DNA of 64,000 bases from Candidatus Bathyarchaeota archaeon (lineage in GTDB: Archaea > Thermoproteota > Bathyarchaeia > Bathyarchaeales > Bathycorpusculaceae), in assembly GCA_963827165.1 (NCBI GenBank), contig CAWGZR010000010.1, forward strand, positions 359,516 through 423,515, given 5' to 3'. The position numbers were made by a program, and so were the translations under genes. Every line of letters starts with the position of its first letter. The first letter of the stretch is position 1. Below the pieces are notes generated by a model, which was given only the letters and a program-made list of their open reading frames with translations, was not told the origin of the DNA and ran no database searches. Below are positions 44,941 to 55,682 of this stretch, piece after piece.

Positions 44941-46010
44941 TAAAGTGTATTTTTTGGAATATACTGCATTGAAACGGTAAGTCGTTTTCGGCTTAGGCTG
45001 CCTCTCAATCCGTCATTTAATCGGCTGTTATTTTTTCCTTTGCTGGCATGTCCATGGCGCATTATTCTCCAATTATCCATGTTTCCTCGTACGATCTGAG
45101 GGTTACTCGTTAAGATGTAAAAGGGCATTTTTGTTTGTGAAGTGTAGAGTTCAGCTATGAAGTTTAAGAGCCGTTTGCCAACACCTATGCCTTGATAATC
45201 CGGTAAGACAACCAATCTGCTAACCCTAAAGTACCTTGACTTCATTTTGATATGCGCAACTGCGATAAACGCTATAGGCTTATTTTGATAGACTGCGGTA
45301 TAGCATCGGACGCCTGCTCCAAGCTTTCCGTTTAAATAATGATGTTGCCGAAACATCTGCCATAACTGAGCGCCGCACCGATAAACTTTGAGTTCAACGG
45401 ACGGCCGACTTCTTTTTTTCGGCTAAACTCCATAGTATCAGTGCAGAAAACCCAATCTGGTTCTAACCAGTCAACCACATCGTAATGGCAGGTTACAGCT
45501 ATAAACTTCTTTTTTGACCTGCGGACAGCCTTGCTAATCGCGTAAGCACTAACTTTAGCAATCTCCCTATCAACTACGCTTGTAAACTCATCAAAAACTA
45601 TCAAAGGTGAATCAAGGCATAAAGCACGGGGCAATGTCCACTCGCATCTTTTCCCATTGACTGAGACATTCATAACCTTTCAGCCAATCGGGCGGTGAAG
45701 CAAAACCAACACTGCAAAGAGCCCTCGTGATTTCGCTTGTTTCAAGCCCTTCAGGAAAATCATCCAAGACACATTTATGGAAATACTCAAAGCCTCTAAT
45801 GTAAGCATCAGGGAAAAGCTGCTTAGCAATGCTCGTTTTGCCAGAACCACTACGGCCAACTATAACGCCTACTTGCCAATCAGCATCTTCAATCGGTAGT
45901 GACCCTTTGAAATGCTTCTCCAGCTTCACATCAGAAAGGGTATAGCTACCAACTACACTTTTAGCTCGGAAGGTATCGGTTTGATTCCAACGTTTTACAA
46001 TGTCAAAATC
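44940..46010 (-). CDS. ABC-type ATPase plus GNAT (Mom-like) acetyltransferase, in three frames
   Basis: Walker A GRSGSGKT, 'FDEFTSVVDR', 'VTCHYD'; GNAT 'RVSRLVVLPDYQGIGVG'; start codon not evident. Confidence 0.8.
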
Positions 46011-46558
46011 CGTAGCTTGTAGCCCTCCGAGGTTAGCTTATCGAAAATGCGTTTTTGGTCCGCTTCATCTTTGCACTCAATGATTAACTCATATGTCTCA
46101 GGGATAGTTGCAGAAAAGCTATGTTCGCTTGAATCTTCAGGCAGTTTCTCGCCTATGGATTCGAGCAGAGCCTGCAAATCGTCTTTTTCGCCCGCTTGCA
46201 AGATGCGTAAGTACTCGGCACTATCAAGCTCTTTGTTGTGTTTGCCTTTCAGCTTGTTTAAAATTTGTCTGAGCATCCGTCTATCCACATCGCTTACAGG
46301 CAGGCGCAAAACAGGAGCGTAAAACTCGCCATGTTGCTTGCAGACTTCCGCCCTTTGTTCCCCATCAGCGTAGACGCCATCTTTATTGGTTATTATCGGG
46401 TAAGCCCAACCGTACTTCTGGAGGCTACACCAGATTTGCTGTTGCTGCTTAATTGTGGTGCGGTTTGGGTTGTTTTGGTCTGCAGTTAAGAGACGAATAT
46501 CTTCCAATAACGGCAGGTAGGCATCGGGGATTCTGAGGGTAGTTTTGTTTTCTGTCAT
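45995..46558 (-). CDS. ParB/Srx-like N-terminal domain protein
   Basis: 'NNPNR...SLQKYGWAYPII.NKDGVYADGEQR'. Confidence 0.75.
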   Translation of the reverse strand: MTENKTTLRIPDAYLPLLEDIRLLTADQNNPNRTTIKQQQQIWCSLQKYGWAYPIITNKDGVYADGEQRAEVCKQHGEFYAPVLRLPVSDVDRRMLRQILNKLKGKHNKELDSAEYLRILQAGEKDDLQALLESIGEKLPEDSSEHSFSATIPETYELIIECKDEADQKRIFDKLTSEGYKLRILTL

Positions 46559-46576
46559 GAACTTTTCGGTTTAAAA

Positions 46577-47011
46577 CTAGGCGGATTGGAGGTTCTTTGC
46601 GTCGATTAACGATTTAAGCTCAGCAATCTCATTTACTGCCTTAGCTGCTCTTTTGTCATGATCTTGCTTTTCCTTAAGCGTCTCTAACCCCAACAATGAT
46701 ACCATCCGGTCAGTAATCTCTACCATTTTAGAAAGATACGCTGGTTTTTGGGCGTCGTTTGCCGTTTGAAACTTAAGGCTTGCAGTGCGGTAGAGGTAAT
46801 CGTAGCGGTTAGTCACCATAAGTCGAGCCTTGTCTAAATCAAAGATTTGAGTTAAGATGGGTTGCCAAGTGTCGCGGGTTTCTGCATCATAGTAGATATT
46901 TCTCTCTGAGGTTTGGTATTTCTCGCTTAGTATCTTCACTATTTCACAGAGGGAGAAGCCTTTTGCTTCGAGCTTTAAGAATTCTAAGCGTCTTTCTAAG
47001 ACTTCATTCAA
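46577..47011 (-). CDS. HTH protein resembling a terminase small subunit
   Basis: 'KGFSLCEIVKILSEKYQTSERNIYYD' followed by helical region; position upstream of ParB/modification genes. Confidence 0.5.
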   Translation of the reverse strand: MNEVLERRLEFLKLEAKGFSLCEIVKILSEKYQTSERNIYYDAETRDTWQPILTQIFDLDKARLMVTNRYDYLYRTASLKFQTANDAQKPAYLSKMVEITDRMVSLLGLETLKEKQDHDKRAAKAVNEIAELKSLIDAKNLQSA

Positions 47012-47745
47012 GCGAAAGCCTCCAAAATTGAAATGCGGATTTCATTATCACTATAATCGGTTGTTCGACGTAGCATGTCGCCTTCCAACTTTACGTTTCG
47101 CTTTTCCTCTTCAGACAAGAAGTAGTACGGTTCCTCAAAGGTGGGGACATGATATTTTCTGCAGATTTTAAAGTAGGTTTCCACTAACTCGAATATGGTG
47201 CTGTCAGATAGTTTACCATTACCTTTGGTCTGGAGATGATTCCAGTTATAGGTTATATGCCAATAAAACCGTAAACAGATTTTCTCGTATTCCGAAGCTT
47301 TCGCCTGCAAAACATCTATCTTATCATAGATGCTTTTCATCCGCAACAGGAGGGTGAAGAAATATTTGCTTTTTGGGTCGCGCTGCGCTTTTGCTACGTT
47401 AACTTGCAGAGGCGCATTAGGGGGTTCATCCCATTCTTGCCCAAGCATGTTTGCTTCTTGCCTTGTCTGAGGATATTTTTCGATGAAATACGTGTTCATT
47501 TTTTGGAAGGTTTCTATAATTTGGAACTCTGCTCCAGACATTAGAGATAAATCAGTAATGCCGTCTTTATCTATGACTTCTGGAAATAACTGTTTTAGCG
47601 TACAATTCTTTGGGTCTATGCCTTCTTGGTTTAGTTTTTCTTCAGCAGGCGTTAATGGTGCTGTTACCTCTGGTGTGTTGTTGTTTTTTTGGTTCTGTTC
47701 CCGTATTTTCTCGTTTAAGTCCTCAAATGTGATATGACTCGCCAT
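47008..47745 (-). CDS. Hypothetical element protein
   Basis: 245 aa ORF overlapping the start of the next gene. Confidence 0.65.
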   Translation of the reverse strand: MASHITFEDLNEKIREQNQKNNNTPEVTAPLTPAEEKLNQEGIDPKNCTLKQLFPEVIDKDGITDLSLMSGAEFQIIETFQKMNTYFIEKYPQTRQEANMLGQEWDEPPNAPLQVNVAKAQRDPKSKYFFTLLLRMKSIYDKIDVLQAKASEYEKICLRFYWHITYNWNHLQTKGNGKLSDSTIFELVETYFKICRKYHVPTFEEPYYFLSEEEKRNVKLEGDMLRRTTDYSDNEIRISILEAFA

Positions 47746-47911
47746 TCTACTTTTTCTGACTTATTCGGTTTTATTAGAATTAACATACCTTTGCCTGCTA
47801 ACTTCTGTAGTCTGCTCGCTTTTCAAACCCTTAACATTAGAGACCTAACTAATTAGCTCCTGTTAGATTAACGATAAAAAAGGGAAAGAAGCTGCGGAGA
47901 GAGCTCCCATT

Positions 47912-47963
47912 TGGCGATATCGCCAATTCAGACTGGGTTCAAATCCCCCCCAGTCCACTTCAA
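47912..47963 (+). repeat. attR-1: palindrome tggcgatatcgcca + 9 nt + tRNA-Ala 3' copy
   Basis: 29/29 match of 47935-47963 to 33196-33224. Confidence 0.95.
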
Positions 47964-48013
47964 TTTATGCTTTCCGTGACGGTTTAAAAGCCAAATCGGA
48001 TTTTTTGCGTTGA

Positions 48014-48128
48014 GGGTTTGCTGAGGCTATGGAAACTAAAGGATGAAATTTCTTTTAGGAGAAAAAAGAAAAATGCAAACTCTTCAATTGCAGCTATATC
48101 GAATTTAACCAGAACCTTCTCAGCGCCC
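48014..48128 (-). repeat. Bulged-hairpin repeat copy 2
   Basis: gggtttgctgaggctatgg...ccagaaccttctcagcgccc. Confidence 0.85.
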
Positions 48129-48200
48129 ATTCTTTTGTTTCTCCGTTGTTTCTGTGGGACTAAAAAAAGGGATAAGGGGAATTGTTTGGTTGTTATAGGT

Positions 48201-50816
48201 TTATGGGCGTTTTCTTGTCACAATCAATGAGACTATGGCTATACCTATGATGAAGACAATGATCATCGCGACGACTGCGTACATGACTGTTGTGTTTGAG
48301 GCTAAGCCGCTAAGGGGTGTAACTGTTGGTGCTTGGTGTTGGTGCTGGGTTGCCTGCGCAGAGGTAGGTTGAGGCTGATGATGCGTAGTATGCGTCCGTC
48401 CCTGCGAACACCGCGTAAACCGTGTAGTTGCCGGGAATATCAGGTGTCCATGTTAAGCCATAGTTGCCCTGAGCGTTAGTCGTTGTTGTGCCGATGGCTC
48501 TGTAGTTGTTGTTGCTGTCTAAGACATAAAGCGTAACTGGAACGCCAGTTATGTTGGTTGGCATCTGCTGCTGCTCGTATACTGCCTCCATGAATCCCTC
48601 CATGCTCGCGTCAGAAACGCAGGGAAGACCGTTTGGAAAGTTCATTGCGACTGCGTTTTGTTGTGCTCCTGGAGAAAGGTCAGTTACCGTGCCTGTTATC
48701 GTCACCGGTGTAGAGGTTGATACGCCGACGGCGGGCGCTGTAACGGTTGTCTTGCTTGGTCCCAGTTGCGTAGGTGTAAACTTGGTTGTCATAGGAATTT
48801 GGCAGTAAGAACTCGCCATCTGCGGCTGCGCACGTGGCGCTATTAGCCTCGGCGAAACTAAGAATCTGCCACACTAACTTTCCTGTAGTAGCATTCAAAC
48901 AATAAGCGTGTGCTCCACGGAATAGTGGTGGATTGTAGGTGTGACCGCCGTTGAGGTAAATCATTCCGCCAGCAACAAGTTCAATAACTTTGACAGGCCA
49001 TGAACCGTAGACATTGTTGTAACCTGAACTACCGGTAAAGAAGTCCCATACAAGCGAGCCATTTGTATCGTTGAAAGCGTACACGTGTCCGTCAAATGTG
49101 CTAACGTAAAGACAGCCGTAAGCTACTTCGGGTAGATAATTGGAGACTTGGTTAAAGAATGTGGCTCCGTTGGGGGCAGTAGCAGTCCATAGCTTCTGCA
49201 CCTGTGGTGTCACTGTAAGCCGTCCATGTTGCCAACTCGCAATCGAATATGATGTACATGCCATTGCCCTCTTCAGTTATAGACGTTCTGGTCAATGTTG
49301 GTAGCGTTTGGTTTTCTATGAAGAGCTGCGCGCCGTTAATTATGCTGTAACCTCCTATAACGACCCAATTATTCCAGTTACCAGTTGGAGTCCAAGTGAC
49401 CAATTGTGTGTTGTCGCCAATACCTCCAAGCGCAGGAGTAAGGCCGATGGGCACACCAGAAAGGTTCATGGCTATCGGTGCTGTCCATTGTATCCCGTCG
49501 CTCCAAGGAATCGTTTCTCCAGATGCTACTGCAGTGGGTCCGAGAGGTCGCCAGAACCAACCGTCTGCTGAATAGGCTGGGTTACTCCCAGGTGAGCCAA
49601 GTAGAATGCAGCGGCTTGCGTTCCAACAGGTCAGCGTGTATTGCTTGGAATTGGTGGTGTTGATGTAGTAACCTATCATCGCGCCGTCTGGGACTGTAGT
49701 TAGCCATTTGCAGGTTACTCCCCCAGTGATTTGCAGTATATAATTTCCTGTCTCTGCATCATACAACGAGTACACTGTGCCCAGGCCAGTTACGGTTAAA
49801 GTTGTCCATAGGTATGATTCGCCGCCATATTGGTTGGGTGATATATAGTTGTATATCCAACCCCCTAGTAACGTGCCGTTCATCTGGGATTCAGATTTTG
49901 TCCACAGTGTCTGCCCAGTGCGTAAGTCGACAGCTGTTGTGCCTTCATAATAACTGGAGGCTCCCGGCGTTAATGTGTAGTAAAGTACTCCGTCCATGAC
50001 TGCGCATTTAAATTTGCATTCGTACTGCGCGGTTGAGTAGAAGTTGCTGTTTTCAGTGTTACCATATTCTCCTCCGATTAAGCCTCCTGGCGCTAACGGA
50101 GTTGTCCACAGTATATGGGAAGTGCTTGGCGCGTCTTGCATGTACGGGTCGTAGTTACTAGTGCTGTTGTAGCCTCGACCAGCGTTGCCTAAGTCATTGA
50201 GTCCAAACCAATTTCCGCTGATCATGTTCCAGCCGTTGTTGTTCATGTTTATTGGGCGAGTCCAGTAGCTTGTTGGAAGCGGGTTAAAAGGAATTGTAGT
50301 TGCTGGTGTGTTCGAAACTTGGATTGTTACAAGGATGCTGGTACTGGGTTGATAATAGTAGCCAATGTATTGGGCATAAGATGTTCCAGTCCATCCGCCT
50401 GGAGGCGGATTGGCACCGGTTAAAGTTTGTCCGCTGAAGATCAACTGGAAAGTGTAGTTGCCTATCATGGTAGGCACGTAAGTGGTATATCCAAATCCCG
50501 TATTATCCGTGGTGAGCCCAGTCAGATGGGTAACGTCTTTGTTGGGCGCCGTAATAACTATTGTAAAATTGTTAAATCGGTCACCATAAGCTCCGTCCGT
50601 TGTCAGTGTGACCTTGTCAACCCCGAAGCTGACATACATTGATTGACCTACCCCTATGGGGGAAGGTTGAACAGAAATGTAGGCGTATGTTGCTTGAGGA
50701 TTTGGTTGAGCCACTTGTGCCTTAGCAGTTGGCAATAGAATCATTGAAGCTGTCATTGAAAGCATAAAGAATATCGAAATCATAATAGCAAAAATCTTGT
50801 TTTTTAGCATTTTCAT
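48201..50816 (-). CDS. Membrane-anchored PQQ-type beta-propeller surface protein, paralog 1 (about three frameshifts)
   Basis: ORFs 49152-50816, 48680-49264 and 48310-48819 are collinear with the intact paralogs; TM anchor ending 'RKRP*' at 48201. Confidence 0.85.
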
Positions 50817-51010
50817 TTCTTTTTTTCTCCTTTATTTTGTTTGAGCGAAAACGTTGAGTTAACTATAAACTGCTATTTTTAACGCCCTCGCCCAACAGCA
50901 GATGTTTAATTTCATTTATTTTTAAGAACTAGTGTGTTAAGCTCTCACACAACACCACGCATCTTAACAAAATTTTATAAACAAATAAGTTGATACGTTT
51001 CATCTGAAGC

Positions 51011-51947
51011 GTGGGAAAATTGGAAAGCGTCTCGTGTACACACGTGGATCGTTTGTGCAAACTGGGATTGACGACTCTTCAAGCTAAAATTTACTTGCTT
51101 CTTTATGAGACAGGAAGAACGAAAATACAGGCGCTTGCGAGAATAGCTAATGTTGATAGAGCAAACACATATCAAATTCTTCGGCAGCTCCAAGAAAAGG
51201 GAGTAGTTGAAACAACAGTTGGAAAACCCACATTATATCAAGCCGTCCCACTGCAGGAAGCGACTGCAGCTTTGCTCGCGCAAAAGAAGCGTGAATTTGA
51301 GAAAGTAGTTGAGACTTCAAAAGAATTTGCTCCAAGAAACTGCTGAGCATGAACAAAAACTGCTTGACTTAAGTATGCCCCAAATCAGTTTTGTTTCTTT
51401 TGGAGAATCGTCGGCTAGCAAAAAGATAGATTTAGCATGGACTAATGTTCAAATATTAGCTGAGTTATATCTTGAAAAACCTCTTTTTGCAGAAAGTCTG
51501 GAACGGCCATGGGTAGGAAACATGTGGAAAGAAGCTATGAATAGAGGTGTTAAAGTGCGAGTAATTACACAGAATTTACAACAAAAAAGCGCATGCTTTA
51601 TTGATTCACTTTCGTCACTTGAGGAAAATAAAAATTTTGAAATTAGGTATACTGCCTCTCCGATTATTTGTCAATTTATCTGTCTTGATGGAAAAGAAAC
51701 TTGGCTTTTTGTAGAAAAGATAAATGGATTCGGGCAAGAACAGAGCATAATGCTAAGGCACAAGGGGCTAGGAAAAATGGCGCACACTTTCTTTGGAATG
51801 TTGTGGGATCAAACCCTTCCCGCCCTTCGCAATGAGCAGCGCACGCTTTCGCGTTCGACGAAACCCCAGTCTCAGACAAAAGCTCCAAAGAAAATTAACC
51901 TTTTAAAAGAAAAAAATGGGATTTTGAAGGAGATTTCGTCAACCTGA
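51011..51947 (+). CDS. TrmB-family transcriptional regulator (frameshift near 51330)
   Basis: 'LGLTTLQAKIYLLL...RANTYQILRQLQEKGVVE...KPTLYQAVP'; C-terminal 'RGVKVRVIT...EIRY...LDGKE'. Confidence 0.85.
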
Positions 51948-52032
51948 GAACATAAAAAAACTCTTGTTTCATTCTTGTGTTCCATCTTCTTTTTCTTTGA
52001 ATTAACAGGCTAAAGGAAAAAAGGGAATTCCA

Positions 52033-52061
52033 GGTGATATCTCCACTTCCGACTGGGTTCA
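52033..52061 (+). repeat. attR-2 (truncated): ggtgatatctcca + 9 nt + gggttca
   Basis: Shares gactgggttca with attR-1 and the 13-bp motif with attR-3/4; rest of the tRNA core is missing. Confidence 0.65.
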
Positions 52062-52193
52062 GGTTACCCGTTATCTAAATTGGACTAGGGGTTAAACCAA
52101 AAAGGGACAACTTACGACCTTTAAACAAAAACCACGGTATTATCAAAAACTTGGGGGTTTGCAATGGGTAATCGAATAATCAAAACTGAATTA

Positions 52194-52310
52194 GGGTTTG
52201 CTGAGGCTCTGGAAACTAAAGGCTGAGAATTTTTTTCTTTTGGAGAAAAAGAAAAATGCAAACTCTTCAATTGCACTATATTGAATTTAACCAGAACCTT
52301 CTCAGCGCCC
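52194..52310 (-). repeat. Bulged-hairpin repeat copy 3
   Basis: Near-identical to copy 2. Confidence 0.85.
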
Positions 52311-52381
52311 ATTTCTTTTCATCTCTTCGCGTTGTTTTTAATGTGACAAAAAAAGGGAAAGGGAATTTTGGTGTTTTTGGT

Positions 52382-55153
52382 TCACGGCTTTTTCCTCAGC
52401 AGAAGTAGGCCGACGACAGCGATTGCAATTATGATGGCGATCGCTACTGCAACGAATCCAAGAGTTAAACCCGACATTGTCGCTAGGTTTGATACAGGAG
52501 AAGCTGTTGGCGCCGGCGTTGTTACAGGGTTGCTAACGGTGAATGAGGTTTCATCTGAAGATGACCAGTAGCCAGCGTTACCTGCGAATGTTGCGTATAC
52601 AGTGTAGTTTCCAGAAATGTCTGGAGTCCATGTTAATGTGTAGAAGCCGGTTTTGTCAGTTGTGGCAGTGCCGATGGATCTGTAATTGTGGTTAGAGTCT
52701 AAGACGTAGAGGTTTACTGGAACGCCGGTGAAGTTGGTTGGTGCTGCTTGCTGTTGGTAAACATAGCTCATCCATTGGCTCATGCTTGCGTCGGATGCAC
52801 ATGGTACGCCGTTTGGAAAGTCTGCTACTTGTTCATTTTGCTTAGTGCCAGCAGACGTGTCCATTACTGTTCCGGAGATGACTACTGATTGCCCGAATGA
52901 CAAGCCATCGTGGGTCGCGGTAACTGTGGTTGCGCTGGATCCTTGGCCGACACAATAGATTTGGTTGTCATAGCCGTTTAGAGTCAGTGAGAAGCCGTCA
53001 GCTATAACTCCTACTTCCTGGTTTCCAGCTGGTGAGCCTGCTTCAGATGTGACGTCGTTTAGAGTCCAGATTTCTTTGCCGTTTGTGGCGTTGATGGCAC
53101 GTTGCAATGCGCCTTTGTAAATTGGGCTTGAAACTGTGTGTTCGGTGGTGCTTGTGTATATTACTCCGTTGCCGATGGCGTAAATTGAGGTTGGATAGTA
53201 TCCGGGTCTTTCAAAGCCGCTGTTTGTGCTGTTGCCAACTCCACCGTTGCCGTAGGTCCATAGTAGGTTCCCTGTTGCTAAGTTATAGCAGGACATTATT
53301 CCTCCGAAACCACAGTAGTAGAGCTTTCCGTATGCTTCTGCTGCACCTGCTTCGTTGCCGCCGCTGTTGTATCCGCTGTTGTAGTACATCAATTGCTGCT
53401 GGCTTTGGTCGCCGACTGGGCCCCAAATTTGTTTGCCTGTTGCCATGCTGTAACCGACGAACTGCATTGTTTCTTTGTGGAATTCGACGAAGACACCGTA
53501 AGTTGGATCGCCGTTGGCTGGTCCACTGTAGCTGACGGTTATGTTTCCTGCGGGTGCTGTTATTGTGTTACTCCAGAGTTCTTCTCCGATTGGACCCACA
53601 CTTGCGTTTAGGTTTAAGCCATAGTATGTGTAGGGTGTCCACGAGGTAGCTGATGGCATAGTTCCGCTGACGAGAATAGCCATGTTCCCGCTCCATGCCG
53701 CGACAATTGTGGGTGTCGGGATGACGCTGTTTAACCATGATAGCGAGTAGTTCCAGTCGTAGCTGTAGAGTGAGCTTGCGTTGTTAACGACATTGGCGTA
53801 GACCACATAGTTGTACATTGCAGGTGCGTTGGGGTTGTTTCCGTCGACTGCTCCTATCACTGGCTCAGTTACGGTTGCATACTGTGTTTGAGCTGTTGTT
53901 AAGGCTGTGCCGCTGGCGGTTGAGTCGTTGTAAAGTGTTGGGACGTTGTTGACTGCGCCGGTCCATGGGTTATATGTGCAATCCCAAATTCGAGAAGAAT
54001 TCCATTCGCTCAGGTACATTATATGGTTGCCTGCTGTGCCGAGATTTGAAAGGATAAGCTTTAGTTGTTCTCCTTGTGGACCGGGCATTGCTGTGCCTGT
54101 TGGGACGCCTGTAACGTTGAAAAGCGGGTCTCCCGTGTACGCGTCGTAGGCTCTTGCGAAGTTAGATGTGAACAGTATGGGTGGATAAATTCCGTGTTGG
54201 TTAGGATCATATAGGTATTGGACATAAGCGAACGATAATGAGGGGATTTGCGTGCTGCTCCAAAGGATTTGTCCTGTGCGGAGGTCTTGGCAGACCGTTG
54301 GTCCGTTAGCGGACCCGGTGAATGATACAGGCAATGTATAGTATAGGTATCCGTCGACGACAATGGGATTAGTGAATCTACCGTTGTATGCTGATCCATC
54401 AAAATATGTAGCGCCTGTGGTAGTGAAAGTTCCTCCTCCCGCGACTCCGCCCATTTGGATTGGGTAGGTCCACATGACATGGCTTGTTACTGGTCCTACT
54501 GCGTTTCCTGGCGGAACGCTGCAACCGCCAGCCCCAGTTCCGTAGCCTGCTGATCCCGTGCCCAACCAGTTAGATGAAATCGTGTACCAGTTGGTGTTTT
54601 CTCCGTAAATTGGGCGTGTCCAGTAGTTTGTTGGAAGCGGTGTGGTGGGGTAATACGAAATCGGGGTTTGTTGCACTGTGAATGTGCATGTTGCTGAGCT
54701 GGCTGCGTAGGTGTCGTTGATGTATGCCGAAGATGCAAGGTCGTCGCTTGTGGTGATTGCTTGTCCTGGGAAGGTGAAGTTGGCGGTGTAGGTGCCTGCA
54801 ACGGTAGGCGTGAAGGGATATTGTTGGTTGCTTGTTGGGTCGCTTACTACTGCAAAAGTTTGTGACACTATTGTTTTTCCGTCGGGTCCTGTTATTGTGA
54901 GTTCATAGTTATGGAATCTGTAATTGTTGTAGAGGTTTGTGTTGTCAAAAGTGTTAGATAGCCACATGTATACTGTTGCGGTTTGGCCGACTCCTATTGG
55001 ATTAGGCACGACCTGAATGTAAGCGAATGTTGGAACGCTCCAAGAAGGCGTGTGCGCGTTAGCTGTCGATATTAAGAATGTTGAAGCTCCTATCGAACAA
55101 ATCAAAATTGCTGCTATCAAAGTAGCCGTAAGTTTACTTTTTGTGTTTATCAT
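52382..55153 (-). CDS. Membrane-anchored PQQ-type beta-propeller surface protein, paralog 2
   Basis: 923 aa; signal peptide, 'TG..LW' repeats, Ig-like C-terminal domain, TM + RKKP. Confidence 0.9.
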   Translation of the reverse strand: MINTKSKLTATLIAAILICSIGASTFLISTANAHTPSWSVPTFAYIQVVPNPIGVGQTATVYMWLSNTFDNTNLYNNYRFHNYELTITGPDGKTIVSQTFAVVSDPTSNQQYPFTPTVAGTYTANFTFPGQAITTSDDLASSAYINDTYAASSATCTFTVQQTPISYYPTTPLPTNYWTRPIYGENTNWYTISSNWLGTGSAGYGTGAGGCSVPPGNAVGPVTSHVMWTYPIQMGGVAGGGTFTTTGATYFDGSAYNGRFTNPIVVDGYLYYTLPVSFTGSANGPTVCQDLRTGQILWSSTQIPSLSFAYVQYLYDPNQHGIYPPILFTSNFARAYDAYTGDPLFNVTGVPTGTAMPGPQGEQLKLILSNLGTAGNHIMYLSEWNSSRIWDCTYNPWTGAVNNVPTLYNDSTASGTALTTAQTQYATVTEPVIGAVDGNNPNAPAMYNYVVYANVVNNASSLYSYDWNYSLSWLNSVIPTPTIVAAWSGNMAILVSGTMPSATSWTPYTYYGLNLNASVGPIGEELWSNTITAPAGNITVSYSGPANGDPTYGVFVEFHKETMQFVGYSMATGKQIWGPVGDQSQQQLMYYNSGYNSGGNEAGAAEAYGKLYYCGFGGIMSCYNLATGNLLWTYGNGGVGNSTNSGFERPGYYPTSIYAIGNGVIYTSTTEHTVSSPIYKGALQRAINATNGKEIWTLNDVTSEAGSPAGNQEVGVIADGFSLTLNGYDNQIYCVGQGSSATTVTATHDGLSFGQSVVISGTVMDTSAGTKQNEQVADFPNGVPCASDASMSQWMSYVYQQQAAPTNFTGVPVNLYVLDSNHNYRSIGTATTDKTGFYTLTWTPDISGNYTVYATFAGNAGYWSSSDETSFTVSNPVTTPAPTASPVSNLATMSGLTLGFVAVAIAIIIAIAVVGLLLLRKKP

Positions 55154-55228
55154 TTTGTCTCTCTTCTTTTGGTTGTTCGCGCATAATGCGCTGGAACAGC
55201 AGATGTGAACAGGTTGCTAATAAGAGGC

Positions 55229-55245
55229 GCTCACTTATCGTGAGC
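55229..55245. promoter_or_regulatory. Palindromic operator GCTCAC-N5-GTGAGC
   Basis: gctcacttatcgtgagc upstream of paralog 2, next to a TATA-like ctaataag; repeated at 58563. Confidence 0.7.
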
Positions 55246-55578
55246 ATAAAAAATGTTAATTATTCTTTTATTTTATCTCCATAAAGACAGTCCGTTTCTT
55301 CGTCCGAGGGTAACCATTTAACTTAATGAAGTCAAAAGCTCGAAAGCCTCTTCGATTGTAGATGCTGTAATCTGAAATACCCTCTCTCTGATATTCATGC
55401 CATTTCAATGGTACTTGTGCCAGCTCTCCGCAATAGAATGCCATTTCTTCATCAATAGTCTATCAGTTGCCTTTCTGACGAAGAATCAAACCCTAAAATC
55501 GCCAAAACTGAAAATAATAGACATCACCAATGCAAATTCCCAAGAAAAATGGAGTGACAACATGTTGGGAGCGCGTTA

Positions 55579-55682
55579 GGGTTTGCTGAGGCTCTGGAAA
55601 CCAAGGATGAAATTCTTTAGGAGAAAAAGAAAATGCAACCTCTAATCGTTTATATTGGTGGTTATCCAGAGCCTTTTCAGCC
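55579..55682 (-). repeat. Bulged-hairpin repeat copy 4
   Basis: gggtttgctgaggctctgg...ccagagccttttcagcc. Confidence 0.85.

Larger units (their letters stand above)
33196..47963. mobile_element. ~14.7 kb integrated element (defective provirus or satellite) in tRNA-Ala
   Basis: 29-bp direct repeats, integrase next to the tRNA, primase/helicase, fibre protein; no recognisable capsid, portal or large terminase. Confidence 0.9.

Noticed and set aside
48014-48128. TPP riboswitch, suggested by GCTGAGA
   Set aside because: The remaining TPP consensus is absent and the element lies 3' of genes.
12902-51947. Widespread pseudogenisation or phase variation (LLM, ilvA, beta-helix, fibre, paralog 1, TrmB)
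   Set aside because: Single-base shifts, often in short homopolymers and in unrelated genes, are more simply explained by long-read errors. This cannot be resolved without the reads.
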